From Gammaproteobacteria bacterium (GTDB lineage: Bacteria > Pseudomonadota > Gammaproteobacteria > Steroidobacterales > Steroidobacteraceae), in the NCBI GenBank assembly GCA_009926865.1, contig RFOD01000002.1:28576-92575 (forward strand): a stretch of DNA of 64,000 nt, given 5' to 3'. The notes under the pieces are model-generated. The model saw nothing but the letters and a program-made list of their open reading frames with translations, ran no database searches and was not told the origin of the DNA. Numbering within the stretch: position 1 is the first letter of the stretch; each line of letters starts with the position of its first letter. The position numbers were made by a program, and so were the translations under genes. Of the stretch, positions 18,780-28,557 are shown piece after piece.

Positions 18780-19223
18780 ATGAGTAAGAAAGCTCCATCG
18801 CCTGGGCGCGAGCAGTTCAAGGCGTTTCGTCCAGTATCCACGCGTTGGCGAGATAACGATGTGTATGGTCATGTTAATAACGTCGTTTACTACGAATATT
18901 TTGATACTGCTGTCAATGGATATTTGATCGACACAACGGGCATTGATATTCGAGAAATGAGTGCGATTGGCGTAGTAGTCGAGACGGGATGTCAGTTCTT
19001 TGAGTCGGTTTCATTTCCTGAAACGCTGGAGATCGGTTTGGCGGTCACGCATATTGGTCAAAGCAGTATTCAGTATCGACTAGGCGTTTTTCGCCGCGAT
19101 GCGCAGCAAGCCGCAGCCGAAGGTCGCTTTGTACATGTATATGTGGACGCAAAAACTCGGACTAAGGTTGCGATCCCTGCTCAAATTGCCGAGGCGGCTG
19201 CGAAATTAGTATTTTTGGTATAG
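18780..19223 (+). CDS. Hotdog-fold acyl-CoA thioesterase (4HBT/YbgC-like)
   Basis: RWRDNDVYGHVNNVVYYEYFD, a typical 4HBT catalytic region. About 147 aa. Confidence 0.8.
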   Translation: MSKKAPSPGREQFKAFRPVSTRWRDNDVYGHVNNVVYYEYFDTAVNGYLIDTTGIDIREMSAIGVVVETGCQFFESVSFPETLEIGLAVTHIGQSSIQYRLGVFRRDAQQAAAEGRFVHVYVDAKTRTKVAIPAQIAEAAAKLVFLV

Positions 19224-19250
19224 ATTTATTTTGATATCAACGGGAGGTTC

Positions 19251-20009
19251 ATGAAAAAAGCACTAATTCTGTTGTCGGTTCTAGCGGCGCCGGTGGCGGG
19301 TGTGGTGGCTTTGGAAATCGGTGGGCTGACCGGGTTCAAGCAGCTTTGGCAGATCCTCTTGTTTGTCTGGCCTGCGAGCATTGCGCTCATCTGGATTCTC
19401 GTTTCGCGGCCGCTTGGTGTTTCGATCGCGCGCCGTCAGGGTGCAGTGAGTTGGAGTGGCCTATCAAAGTTTTTTCATTGGTTTATGGCATTTTGTATGT
19501 TCGGTACAGCAGCGCTGATGTACTACATGGTTAACCTGGGGGATACAGAAGATCCAATCGTCCGTGCCGAGTACAGTTTTTTACTTAAGCAACATAAGTC
19601 AATCGGCTTGATCGTATTGTTTTTAGTGGCCTTTCGTTTTGTTTGGAATCGAGTTCAGACTCGACCACCTGCGGCAGTCGGCATCACGCCGAGTCAACAT
19701 ATGGCATCAAAAGCCAGCCATCATTTTTTGTACTTAGCGATGCTTGTCGTACCGCTACTTGGTTGGATGGCCTCTATGACCTACGGCGGGCGCACATTTT
19801 TCTTCGGCCTGTTTGAGCTGCCCGTTTGGTTGCCCAAGAATATCGATTGGGCATATGTATTACAGCCTGCGCATATTTGGGGGGCTTGGATTATGTTTGG
19901 GGTCGTCGCGATACATGCCACCGCAGCATTGTGGCACCACTTCGTACGCCGAGATGCGACCTTGGCGCAGATGTTGCCCGGCGCTCAGGGTCGGCCGCAG
20001 GGCGACTAA
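19251..20009 (+). CDS. Cytochrome b561-family membrane protein with N-terminal extension
   Basis: Multiple TM helices with conserved His (SKFFHWFMA, HKSIGLIVLFLVAFRFVWN, ASHHFLY, HATAALWHHF), typical of the CybB/Ni_hydr_CYTB fold. Confidence 0.7.
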   Translation: MKKALILLSVLAAPVAGVVALEIGGLTGFKQLWQILLFVWPASIALIWILVSRPLGVSIARRQGAVSWSGLSKFFHWFMAFCMFGTAALMYYMVNLGDTEDPIVRAEYSFLLKQHKSIGLIVLFLVAFRFVWNRVQTRPPAAVGITPSQHMASKASHHFLYLAMLVVPLLGWMASMTYGGRTFFFGLFELPVWLPKNIDWAYVLQPAHIWGAWIMFGVVAIHATAALWHHFVRRDATLAQMLPGAQGRPQGD

Positions 20010-20030
20010 GGGAGCTCAGAAGAACGGTGC

Positions 20031-20534
20031 TTAAGACGGCGCAGCGACTCGCGCGCGATTTGCGCGGCTGATACCGAGCGCGCCACTGCGCACGACCTCA
20101 CGCAATTCTGCGCCTTTGCCGAGATCATGGATGAACCGGTCGACCTCTGCTTCATTCGCGGTTAATTCAACGACAAAACCTTCGGTTGCGGGATCCAACA
20201 CTCGTCCACCTGCTCGAACTACATAGCCACGTACGGCATCCGCTTGTTCGGGGCGCACTTTTAAGCGCAACAATACAAGCTCTCGTTCAATGTGCCCCCC
20301 TTGGGTGAGATCTTCGACAGTGACAATATCAATGAGCTTATTCAGCTGACTCAAGATCTGCTGGATCACAGAGTCCGACCCACGCGTGACCAATGTGATG
20401 CGTGAGACGGTCGGATCATTAGTTGCCGCGACCGATAAGGATTCGATGTTGTATCCCCGCGTGGAGAACAAACCGGCAACACGCGTGAGTGCCCCCGCCT
20501 CGTTTTGCAAGTGTATGGCGATGATGTGTCTCAT
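20031..20534 (-). CDS. ilvH: Acetolactate synthase small (regulatory) subunit
   Basis: MRHIIAIHLQNEAGALTRVAGLFSTRGYNIESLSVA (ACT domain) plus an ALS_ss_C domain. Start at Met9 of the ORF. Confidence 0.9.
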   Translation of the reverse strand: MRHIIAIHLQNEAGALTRVAGLFSTRGYNIESLSVAATNDPTVSRITLVTRGSDSVIQQILSQLNKLIDIVTVEDLTQGGHIERELVLLRLKVRPEQADAVRGYVVRAGGRVLDPATEGFVVELTANEAEVDRFIHDLGKGAELREVVRSGALGISRANRARVAAPS

Positions 20535-20685
20535 GATTCGCCACACAGCATATTGCATGCATGCCTCGAACTGATAGTCTGATGGGCTCTCAAAGCCAGT
20601 TTTTTCAGTGGTGTTCGCCGTGTCTGAGTCAAATGATCGTTCGCTAGCCGCTCATCGTTCCACACATCCTCGCGCTGGGCAGACT

Positions 20686-22479
20686 ATGACTGGCGCTGAA
20701 ATGATTGTGCAGGTGCTCGCCGATGAGGGGACGACCGCGATCTTTGGTTACTCAGGCGGCGCGATTCTGCCAACCTATGATGCGGTGTTTTTGCACAATC
20801 AGGCCTGTGCGAGCGCCGGTCACCCGCAGATGCCACTTATTGTCCCCGCCAATGAACAAGGTGCCGGTTTTATGGCGGCAGGTTATGCACGTGCGAGTGG
20901 TCGAGTCGGTGTGTGCTTGGTGACATCGGGTCCGGGCGCGACTAATACCGTAACTCCGGTGCGTGACTCTATGGCGGACTCGATCCCCATGGTTGTCATC
21001 TGCGGACAAGTACCCACCGCTGTGATTGGTACCGATGCTTTTCAGGAAGCACCTGTCCCAGCACTCATGGGTGCCGTTGCCAAGCATATTTTTTTGGTCA
21101 CCGACCCGGAAAAACTTGAAGCGACCGTGCGTACAGCTTTTGAAATCGCCCGTACGGGTCGGCCTGGGCCCGTCGTGGTGGATGTACCAAAAGATGTTCA
21201 AAATTGGACCGGGGTTTTCCGTAGCGAAGGGCTTTTGCCGATCCCGGGTTATCGCAAGCGTTTGTTTGCCACAACCCATGCCGGTATCGAGGATGATGAG
21301 GCGGCAGAATTCTTTGGGATGCTGAGGCAAGTCAAGCGCCCGTTGATCTATGCGGGGGGTGGCGTCATTAATGGGGATGCGGCTGCCGAGCTCACCGCAT
21401 TCGCGACACGCCTTCAAATCCCAGTTGTCACTACGTTGATGGGCATTGGCGCGTTTGACACAACCCACACTCTGGCCATGCGGATGTTAGGCATGCATGG
21501 CGCGGCGTTCGCTAATTATGCGGTCGATGACTGCGACATGTTAATTGCTATTGGAGCACGCTTTGACGATCGAGTCGCTGGTGTACCTGATAAGTTTGCG
21601 CCGAATGCCAAAAAAATTGCACATATGGATATCGATCGTGCAGAGATAAATAAGGTTAAGCGAGTCGATTGGAGTCATGTCGGAGAATTACGCGCAGCCA
21701 TCGCCACATTGAGCGATTATGCTGAGCGCACCGGGTTCCAAGCCGATTTCAGTGCGTGGCATCGTGAAACTGAACAACTGCGTACCGAATATGCGATGAA
21801 CTATGACCGCGATAGTGAGTTGATTCAGCCTTACTATGTAATCGAAGAAATCAATCGACAAACCCAAGGCGAAGCCATCATCGCAACCGGGGTCGGCCAG
21901 CATCAGATGTGGGCGGCTCAGTACTTTGATTTTCGTCGGCCACGGCTGTGGTTGACGTCTGGCTCAATGGGGACGATGGGTTTTGGTCTGCCCGCTGCAG
22001 TGGGCGCTCAATTTGCGAATCCCGATGCCTTGGTTATTGATATAGACGGTGATGCGTCGATTCGTATGAACATCGGTGAGCTTGAGACGGTGACCACCTA
22101 TAACTTACCCATCAAAGTTGTGGTGCTGAATAACTTTGGCGATGGGATGGTTAAGCAGTGGCAGAAGCTTTTTTTCAAAGGTCGGCTATCTGCGAGCGAT
22201 AAGTCCCTACACAAAAAAGATTTCATCAAGACAGCGCAGGCTGATGGTTTCGAGTTTGCAGTCCGCCTCGACAAAAAATCTGATGTGCCAAAGGTCATCA
22301 AGGACTTTATTGAATTTAAGGGTCCTGCATTTCTTGAGGTGATCATTGACCCAGACGCTGGGGTATATCCCATGGTTGGGCCGGGTCAATCTTATGATGC
22401 AATGATTACTGGTGACTTCATTAAAGCTCGGCATGCAGTGACTGATCCAGAGAGCCCTGGCCCATCACAAATGTTCTGA
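20686..22479 (+). CDS. ilvI: Acetolactate synthase large (catalytic) subunit
   Basis: ThDP-enzyme layout: MTGAEMIVQVLADEGTTAIFGYSGGAILP, GPGATN, ThDP-binding GSMGTMGFGLPAAVGA ... DGDASIRMN ... NN. Start at ATG 20686. Confidence 0.93.
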   Translation: MTGAEMIVQVLADEGTTAIFGYSGGAILPTYDAVFLHNQACASAGHPQMPLIVPANEQGAGFMAAGYARASGRVGVCLVTSGPGATNTVTPVRDSMADSIPMVVICGQVPTAVIGTDAFQEAPVPALMGAVAKHIFLVTDPEKLEATVRTAFEIARTGRPGPVVVDVPKDVQNWTGVFRSEGLLPIPGYRKRLFATTHAGIEDDEAAEFFGMLRQVKRPLIYAGGGVINGDAAAELTAFATRLQIPVVTTLMGIGAFDTTHTLAMRMLGMHGAAFANYAVDDCDMLIAIGARFDDRVAGVPDKFAPNAKKIAHMDIDRAEINKVKRVDWSHVGELRAAIATLSDYAERTGFQADFSAWHRETEQLRTEYAMNYDRDSELIQPYYVIEEINRQTQGEAIIATGVGQHQMWAAQYFDFRRPRLWLTSGSMGTMGFGLPAAVGAQFANPDALVIDIDGDASIRMNIGELETVTTYNLPIKVVVLNNFGDGMVKQWQKLFFKGRLSASDKSLHKKDFIKTAQADGFEFAVRLDKKSDVPKVIKDFIEFKGPAFLEVIIDPDAGVYPMVGPGQSYDAMITGDFIKARHAVTDPESPGPSQMF

Positions 22480-23604
22480 GTCCGAAAGTAGATTACGGCC
22501 AGCAGGAACATCCAGTGACAGCGATTTAATCAACGCGTACACGGGTAAGTCAGCACGTAACCCGAGCTCTTCACTGGCTGCCGTTGTGACCGAGGCGAGC
22601 AGTCGTTGCTGACCAATCGCGAGTTCGACGAGCATCGTTTGTGATGTCTGAGGAATTAGGCGCTCGATACGGCAGGCAAGTTTATTACGGACGGATAAAC
22701 CGTTTGGCGGCTCGAGCGCCAAAATCACTTCGTGCGCAGGCACATAGACCCGTAGTGGTAGGGCGCGAGCAGGGAGCCTCCACTCACCCGCCTGCAGAGG
22801 CAAGAACAGTGACTGCCCTTCCAGTAAACCCACAGCTGGGCGGCCCTCGACCAGCGTCAAGTCATTCAGTTTTAACAAGCTGCCTGCATCACGACGGTCA
22901 GACAACATGGGTGTGTCCGCTTTACCCATCAAAGACTCAATACTGCCCGCCGCTTTAATTTTTCCTTGATCAATTAATACCAGTTGATCGGCAAGACGCA
23001 TCACCTCGGCAAGACTGTGTGTTACATGCACAATCGGAATATTAAATTCATGTTTGATTTCATCCAAAAGATCCAGAATTTCACTACGCTTCTTCGCATC
23101 TAACGATGCGAGCGGCTCATCCAATAGTAAAAGTTTTGAGTTGGACAGTAATGCTCGGCCCAATGCAACCCGTTGTTTCTCGCCACCCGATAATTCACGC
23201 GGCCAGCGAGCGAGCAGACGATCCAAACCGAGAACCCCAATGACTTGATGCGGGGATGGGCTCGAATGCGATGAATCACGTCGTCGTCGATGTCCAAACA
23301 ACAAGTTATCAATCACGTTTAGGTGTGGGAACAAGAGAGCATCTTGTGGTACCCAACCTATCTGGCGCTGATAGGGGGCCTTAAAAGCTTGAGTGCTTGT
23401 ATCAACGAGTATCTCTTTACCTAATTTGATGATGCCGCGATCAGGCGACAGATTTCCGTTAATTAAGTCAAGTAGAGTCGATTTGCCTGCTCCCGACGGC
23501 CCAAAGATTGCAGTGCACTTGCCATGGATGTCTAGACGACATTCCAATAAAAACGACTCGCGGGCGATCGAGACATCGATGGATAGCAAAGGCAGATCAG
23601 CCAT
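22465..23604 (-). CDS. modC: Molybdate ABC transporter ATP-binding protein with C-terminal TOBE domain
   Basis: Walker A GPSGAGKST, signature LSGGEKQRV, Walker B LLLDEPLASLD. The ~130-aa C-terminal extension is typical of ModC. Confidence 0.82.
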   Translation of the reverse strand: MADLPLLSIDVSIARESFLLECRLDIHGKCTAIFGPSGAGKSTLLDLINGNLSPDRGIIKLGKEILVDTSTQAFKAPYQRQIGWVPQDALLFPHLNVIDNLLFGHRRRRDSSHSSPSPHQVIGVLGLDRLLARWPRELSGGEKQRVALGRALLSNSKLLLLDEPLASLDAKKRSEILDLLDEIKHEFNIPIVHVTHSLAEVMRLADQLVLIDQGKIKAAGSIESLMGKADTPMLSDRRDAGSLLKLNDLTLVEGRPAVGLLEGQSLFLPLQAGEWRLPARALPLRVYVPAHEVILALEPPNGLSVRNKLACRIERLIPQTSQTMLVELAIGQQRLLASVTTAASEELGLRADLPVYALIKSLSLDVPAGRNLLSDSEHL

Positions 23605-23622
23605 GAGTTGGTGCCGCGGTGA

Positions 23623-24327
23623 TCATGTGGAGGCCTTACCATGCCAGCGCTGCGCTCGCCGGCCTAACCACTCCGCTGCCAGTAGCGCGAGCATGGCAAT
23701 AAACAAAGAAATCATCGCCAGTCTTAAAGCGAGCGCTTCGCCGCCGGGTATCTGTAGGGCGCTATAAATGGCGAGCGCAAGGGTTTGTGTTTCACCCGGG
23801 ACATTGGCAGCAAACGTGATGACCGCGCCAAATTCGCCTAAGCTAATTGCAAAGCCTAAGATGGCCGCAGACAACACCCCTGGTAAGGTTAGCGGTAGGG
23901 TGATTGAGCGAAAGCGATCCCACGGGTCAGCGCCTAGACTCGCCGCCGCTCTCTCAAGCCGCGGGTCAATATTTTCTAGCGAGAGTCTGATACTGCGCAC
24001 CATGATGGGTAGCGCCACAATACCAGCAGCCAAGGCGGCGCCTTCAGCGGTGAACACTAGGCGCACACCCAGCACTTGATCTAACCATTGGCCGATCGGG
24101 CTTTGAACGCCCAAGGTAAGTAGCAGGGCATATCCGACCACGACGGGCGGCAGCACCAGAGGCGCATGCACCAAGGCGTCAAGGATGGCGAGTCCCGCGA
24201 AGCGTTTGCGTGCTAGCACCCAGCCGAGCAGAATGGCCAGCGGTAAAGTAAAAGCGAGCGAACGCGCCGCGACGCTCAAACTGGTGATAATCGCCTGCCA
24301 TTCAACGGTGGAATCGGTGGGTATCAA
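23623..24327 (-). CDS. modB: Molybdate ABC transporter permease
   Basis: About 5-6 TM helices with an EAA-like loop (ERAAASLGADPWDRFRSITLPL). Lies directly upstream of modC. Confidence 0.82.
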   Translation of the reverse strand: MIPTDSTVEWQAIITSLSVAARSLAFTLPLAILLGWVLARKRFAGLAILDALVHAPLVLPPVVVGYALLLTLGVQSPIGQWLDQVLGVRLVFTAEGAALAAGIVALPIMVRSIRLSLENIDPRLERAAASLGADPWDRFRSITLPLTLPGVLSAAILGFAISLGEFGAVITFAANVPGETQTLALAIYSALQIPGGEALALRLAMISLFIAMLALLAAEWLGRRAQRWHGKAST

Positions 24328-24349
24328 TCTGGAGCCCTATACTTAGCCA

Positions 24350-24769
24350 ATGAAATATTTACACACCATGGTCAGAGTATCCGACCTCGATGTCTCCCTG
24401 AGATTTTATCGTGATGCGCTCGGTCTGGAAGAACTGTCCCGCAAAGAGTCTCCACAAGGTCGTTTCACCTTGGTGTTTCTGGCGGCATCAGGAGATCATT
24501 CAGCGCAGGTAGAGCTCACCTACAACTGGGACCCTGAGTCCTACTCGGGCGGGCGCAATTTTGGCCATATCGCCTACGCCGTGCCCGACATATATGCACA
24601 GTGTGAGCGTCTCCAAGCACACGGGGTCGAGATTTTACGGCCACCACGTGACGGACGTATGGCCTTTGTTCGATCTCCTGATGGCATTTCGATCGAGCTT
24701 TTGCAGCAGGGTTCGGCGTTGGCTCCAAAAGAGCCTTGGGTATCGATGCCAAATACGGGGGTCTGGTAG
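24350..24769 (+). CDS. gloA: Lactoylglutathione lyase (glyoxalase I)
   Basis: MKYLHTMVRVSDLDVSLRFYRDALGL ... VELTYNW ... FGHIAYAV ... AFVRSPDGISIELLQ. Confidence 0.9.
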   Translation: MKYLHTMVRVSDLDVSLRFYRDALGLEELSRKESPQGRFTLVFLAASGDHSAQVELTYNWDPESYSGGRNFGHIAYAVPDIYAQCERLQAHGVEILRPPRDGRMAFVRSPDGISIELLQQGSALAPKEPWVSMPNTGVW

Positions 24770-24774
24770 TGCTC

Positions 24775-25461
24775 ATGTCAAATATTGCTAATCGCTTGCT
24801 CAGGCAGACGGTCTTAGCGACGGTGATCATCACCAGTATCGGTTCCCCAGCGGTCTTTTCGGCGGATGAACGTGAAGTTCGCGAGACGGCTCGTGTTGAG
24901 TTGGAAGCGGCTCTGCAGTTATCGGGCGATCCCGAGCGGGGACGCTCCTTGTTCGCAACCTGTGCCGCCTGTCATGGTGTCGATGGCGCGGGACAGTCCG
25001 ATGGCAACGCGCCCGTTATCGCACGACAGCATCGCTCCGTCGTGCTCAAGCAGTTGGTGGATTATCGCCACGCGCTACGTTGGGATCTACGAATGGAGCA
25101 CGTGGTGGAGCTCAAAAAATTTGAGTCCTTACAGGATCTCGCGGACGTCGCGGTATACGTGAGCCAGCTACCGAGAGTTGATCAGGTGGGCTACGGTCCA
25201 GGGGAGCATCTACAGCGTGGCTCATGGACATTCATTTTGCAGTGTGCGAGCTGTCATGGCGCCTCGGGTGATGGATCCTCCACCGCCCGAATCCCTCGTT
25301 TAGCCGCTCAGCACTATGACTACCTACGTCGCCAGCTATGGGATATTGCAGAGGGTCGTCGGCCCCAATTATCCGCAACCCATGACAAGTGGTTATCTGA
25401 TCTCGAGCAAACAGATGTGAATGGGATAGCTGATTATTTATCGCGAGTGGTCCCCCGCTAA
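24775..25461 (+). CDS. Periplasmic dihaem c-type cytochrome (c4-like)
   Basis: Signal peptide from ATG 24775. Two CxxCH motifs: CAACHG and CASCHG. Confidence 0.82.
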   Translation: MSNIANRLLRQTVLATVIITSIGSPAVFSADEREVRETARVELEAALQLSGDPERGRSLFATCAACHGVDGAGQSDGNAPVIARQHRSVVLKQLVDYRHALRWDLRMEHVVELKKFESLQDLADVAVYVSQLPRVDQVGYGPGEHLQRGSWTFILQCASCHGASGDGSSTARIPRLAAQHYDYLRRQLWDIAEGRRPQLSATHDKWLSDLEQTDVNGIADYLSRVVPR

Positions 25462-25495
25462 GCAGGGCAGGACCAGCAAACAGATTAGTCATCTC

Positions 25496-26902
25496 GTGAC
25501 CATCGCTCAGTCGTATCGTTCGCTGTGGACGCTGATCTGCACTGCGTTGCTTACTACAGGATGCGCACTTTCACCACGCTCTGATTTTGGCTCGACCTTG
25601 GAATCGATCGATACTCAGAGTGGGTATCGCGCGTCATCGATTCTATTGCGACGACCTGATGATGGCATGCTCGTTATCTTGAGTTTTTCCGGTGGTGGCA
25701 TGCGGGCATCAGTAATGGCTTATGGCGTACTTGAGCAGCTGGCCCAAGAGATGCTACCGAGCCATCCACACACGGCTAACCCGGCAAAGGGTCTACATGC
25801 GAAATCTCTCATCGAAACGGTCGATGTTATTTCTGCTGTCTCGGGTGGGGCTGTGCCTGCCGCCTACTACGTCTTGTATGGCGATCAGATGTTTGAGGAT
25901 TTTGCAGATCGCTACCTATATAGAGATATTAATTCTGCTCTGCGCAAGCGGCTACTTTTGAGCCCACAGAACTGGTGGCGATTGACGGATAAGCATTTCA
26001 GTCGGTCGGATATCTTAGCTGAATTTTTTGATAGCAAGTTATTTGGTAATGCTCGCTATCAAGATTTAGATCAATCGGGAAAACGGCCATTTTTGATTGT
26101 CAATGCAACTGATATCGGCGCAGCGACACGATTTGAATTTACTCAGGATGAGTTCGATCGCGTATGTCTTAATCTTGGTGACTGGTCGATCAGTCGAGCG
26201 GTGACAGCCTCATCCGCTGTGCCGGCCCTGATCACGCCTGTCACGCTACGTAGTCGTGCGGGCGAATGTGGATATCATTTGCCAGCTTGGGTTCAAGAGG
26301 TCGTATCGAGTAGTGATCACAGCTCGCCTCGCTATCAGCTCGCAGTGTCGCGAATGTTGCGGGCGGATCCCAATCGCTATCGTCATCTGCACCTAGTGGA
26401 TGGGGCCCTAAGCGATAATCTCGGTGTCGGCGCTATCCTTGATGCATTATTGGACCCTGAAGCAGGTCGTATGCGTCAGGATATGCCGCAAAAATTGGTC
26501 GTGCTGATGGTGAACGCAGGGGATTCGCAGGCTGAGCGGATCGGCTCCAATGCAGAGCCACCGGGGTTTTTTGACATGCTCCGGTTGATGGGAACCGTTC
26601 CGGTTGATCGATACACAGCAGCCAGTAAGGCGGCGCTACGCGAGCAATTATCAAATCGACTAGGTCATGATCGGATCGACTCGCTCTATTTCATAGAGGT
26701 CGAGTTATCTTCGCTGCTGGGACATCCCGAATGGAGCTATCTTGCGACACTGCCGACCTCGTTTACGATAGAGCGCTCTCAGGTGGACGCACTTCGTGAG
26801 GCTACGGGGTACTTACTTCGCGGTTCGCCGGAATATCGTCGGTGGTTAGACGATATCCAGGCTTCGTCACCGATGCCTGGTATTTCTAGCACTACCAGGT
26901 GA
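25496..26902 (+). CDS. Patatin-like phospholipase lipoprotein
   Basis: Lipobox (LTTGC). Oxyanion GGGMRA, nucleophile GxSxG (AVSGGA), Asp dyad motif DGALSDNLG. Confidence 0.85.
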   Translation: MTIAQSYRSLWTLICTALLTTGCALSPRSDFGSTLESIDTQSGYRASSILLRRPDDGMLVILSFSGGGMRASVMAYGVLEQLAQEMLPSHPHTANPAKGLHAKSLIETVDVISAVSGGAVPAAYYVLYGDQMFEDFADRYLYRDINSALRKRLLLSPQNWWRLTDKHFSRSDILAEFFDSKLFGNARYQDLDQSGKRPFLIVNATDIGAATRFEFTQDEFDRVCLNLGDWSISRAVTASSAVPALITPVTLRSRAGECGYHLPAWVQEVVSSSDHSSPRYQLAVSRMLRADPNRYRHLHLVDGALSDNLGVGAILDALLDPEAGRMRQDMPQKLVVLMVNAGDSQAERIGSNAEPPGFFDMLRLMGTVPVDRYTAASKAALREQLSNRLGHDRIDSLYFIEVELSSLLGHPEWSYLATLPTSFTIERSQVDALREATGYLLRGSPEYRRWLDDIQASSPMPGISSTTR

Positions 26903-28391
26903 TCGAAATTCCTTTTGTCTTGAGATAGGGCTCGAGCCCTTCTTTACCAAACTCCCGACCCCAGCCAGATTGTTTATTACCGCCAAAAGGCATAGCAGGG
27001 TCGATAGCCGCATGCATATTGACGCTCACTTGACCTGAGTCAATACGACGGACCATCTGCATCGCCGTACCGAGATCCCGCGTCCAGACGCTTCCCGATA
27101 GCCCATAGATTGTTGAATTCGCCGCTTTCACGACATCATCAAGATCATCATCGCCGAAGCGCTGTACACAAAGCACTGGGCCAAAAATTTCGTTGCAGAC
27201 AGGTGTCATGTCCGGTTGAGTCTGGGTCAGTATCGTTGGCTCATAGAAATAACCGGGTGACGATAGTGCTTTCCCTCCGCAGGCGAGCTCTGCCCCCTCT
27301 ATTAGACCAGCTTCGACGTAGCTTGCTACGCGATTTCGTTGCTCAGCCGAAATAAGAGGGCCAAATTCCGAACTTGGATCCAACCCAGGTCCGATTTTCA
27401 TGGCGCGAGCCGCCGCAGCGATCCCTTCAACGACCTGGTCATGTACGTACTCATGTACAAATAGACGCGTACCTGCCATGCAGTTTTGACCTTGAAGAAA
27501 AAAACAGGCACGCGCGGCGCCTGGGATCGCTTCTTCAAGCTTGGCATCATCAAAGATAACAACGGGAGACTTTCCGCCGAGCTCTAAGGTGACTTTTTTT
27601 AGGTTACCTGCTGCGGCATGAATGATCTTCCTACCTACTTCGGTGGAACCTGTGAAGGCGATTTTGTCGACACTGGGGTGTGCAGCGAGTGCGGCGCCCG
27701 CTGTGTCCCCAAAGCCGTTGACGATATTGATAACGCCATCGGGCACGCCCGCCTCTGCGCACAATTCCGCCAAGCGCATTGCGGTCAGCGGCGTGAGTTC
27801 CGCAGGTTTTAGAACGAGCGTGCAACCTGTTGCCAAGGTTGGTGCGATTTTCAGCATCACCATGGGGAGTGGTGAGTTCCAAGGGGTGATCGCCCCGACA
27901 ACGCCAATGGGCTCACGCAAAGTATAGGAGAAGACCTGCCCGGGGAGTTTTCCCTGAGGGGATGCTGGGATCGTCGCGCCCTCAATCTTGGTCGGCCAGC
28001 CTGCGTAGTAGCGGAAAAACTCAGGCACGACCATACCGCATACATATTGCGCCAGCGGCGTGGGGAGTCCGTTATCGAGGATTTCGAGTTCGCAGAGTTG
28101 TTGAAAATTTTGTTCGATGAGATCGGCGATTTTCCACAACACGCGGCTGCGCTGTGCGCTGGTGAATCGCGACCAAGGTCCTTCGAACGCTGCGCGAGCG
28201 GCCTTCACAGCTCGATCAATCTCCGCTTCGCCGCCCGCTGCGCAGTGCGCAATCACTTCGCCATTCGCTGGATTATGAACAGCAAAGGTCTCGCCTGAGT
28301 CCGAGGCGACCCACTGACCATTGATAAAGTGACCGTGTGAGCGCACCAGAAAATCTTTTGTTGCTGTGCTCAGCCCTGATTCGATACTCAT
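26892..28391 (-). CDS. NAD(P)+-dependent aldehyde dehydrogenase
   Basis: ALDH signatures: FTGSTEVGR, LELGGKSP, catalytic Cys region FFLQGQNCMAGTR, and PFGGNKQSG. Confidence 0.93.
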   Translation of the reverse strand: MSIESGLSTATKDFLVRSHGHFINGQWVASDSGETFAVHNPANGEVIAHCAAGGEAEIDRAVKAARAAFEGPWSRFTSAQRSRVLWKIADLIEQNFQQLCELEILDNGLPTPLAQYVCGMVVPEFFRYYAGWPTKIEGATIPASPQGKLPGQVFSYTLREPIGVVGAITPWNSPLPMVMLKIAPTLATGCTLVLKPAELTPLTAMRLAELCAEAGVPDGVINIVNGFGDTAGAALAAHPSVDKIAFTGSTEVGRKIIHAAAGNLKKVTLELGGKSPVVIFDDAKLEEAIPGAARACFFLQGQNCMAGTRLFVHEYVHDQVVEGIAAAARAMKIGPGLDPSSEFGPLISAEQRNRVASYVEAGLIEGAELACGGKALSSPGYFYEPTILTQTQPDMTPVCNEIFGPVLCVQRFGDDDLDDVVKAANSTIYGLSGSVWTRDLGTAMQMVRRIDSGQVSVNMHAAIDPAMPFGGNKQSGWGREFGKEGLEPYLKTKGISITW

Positions 28392-28557
28392 TGACGACCC
28401 CCTGAGGGCAACCTCGTTTTGGCAGCGATGCTAAAGCTTGCTTGAGATGTCTCTAGACTCGTCGTACCGGCCGACCGGTCAGTGGCCGCGCGAAGGACGC
28501 TGCCCTATGGTCACCCGTCATGAAGCAGGCTCCGACGGCCTACAATCCTCAGCCACT

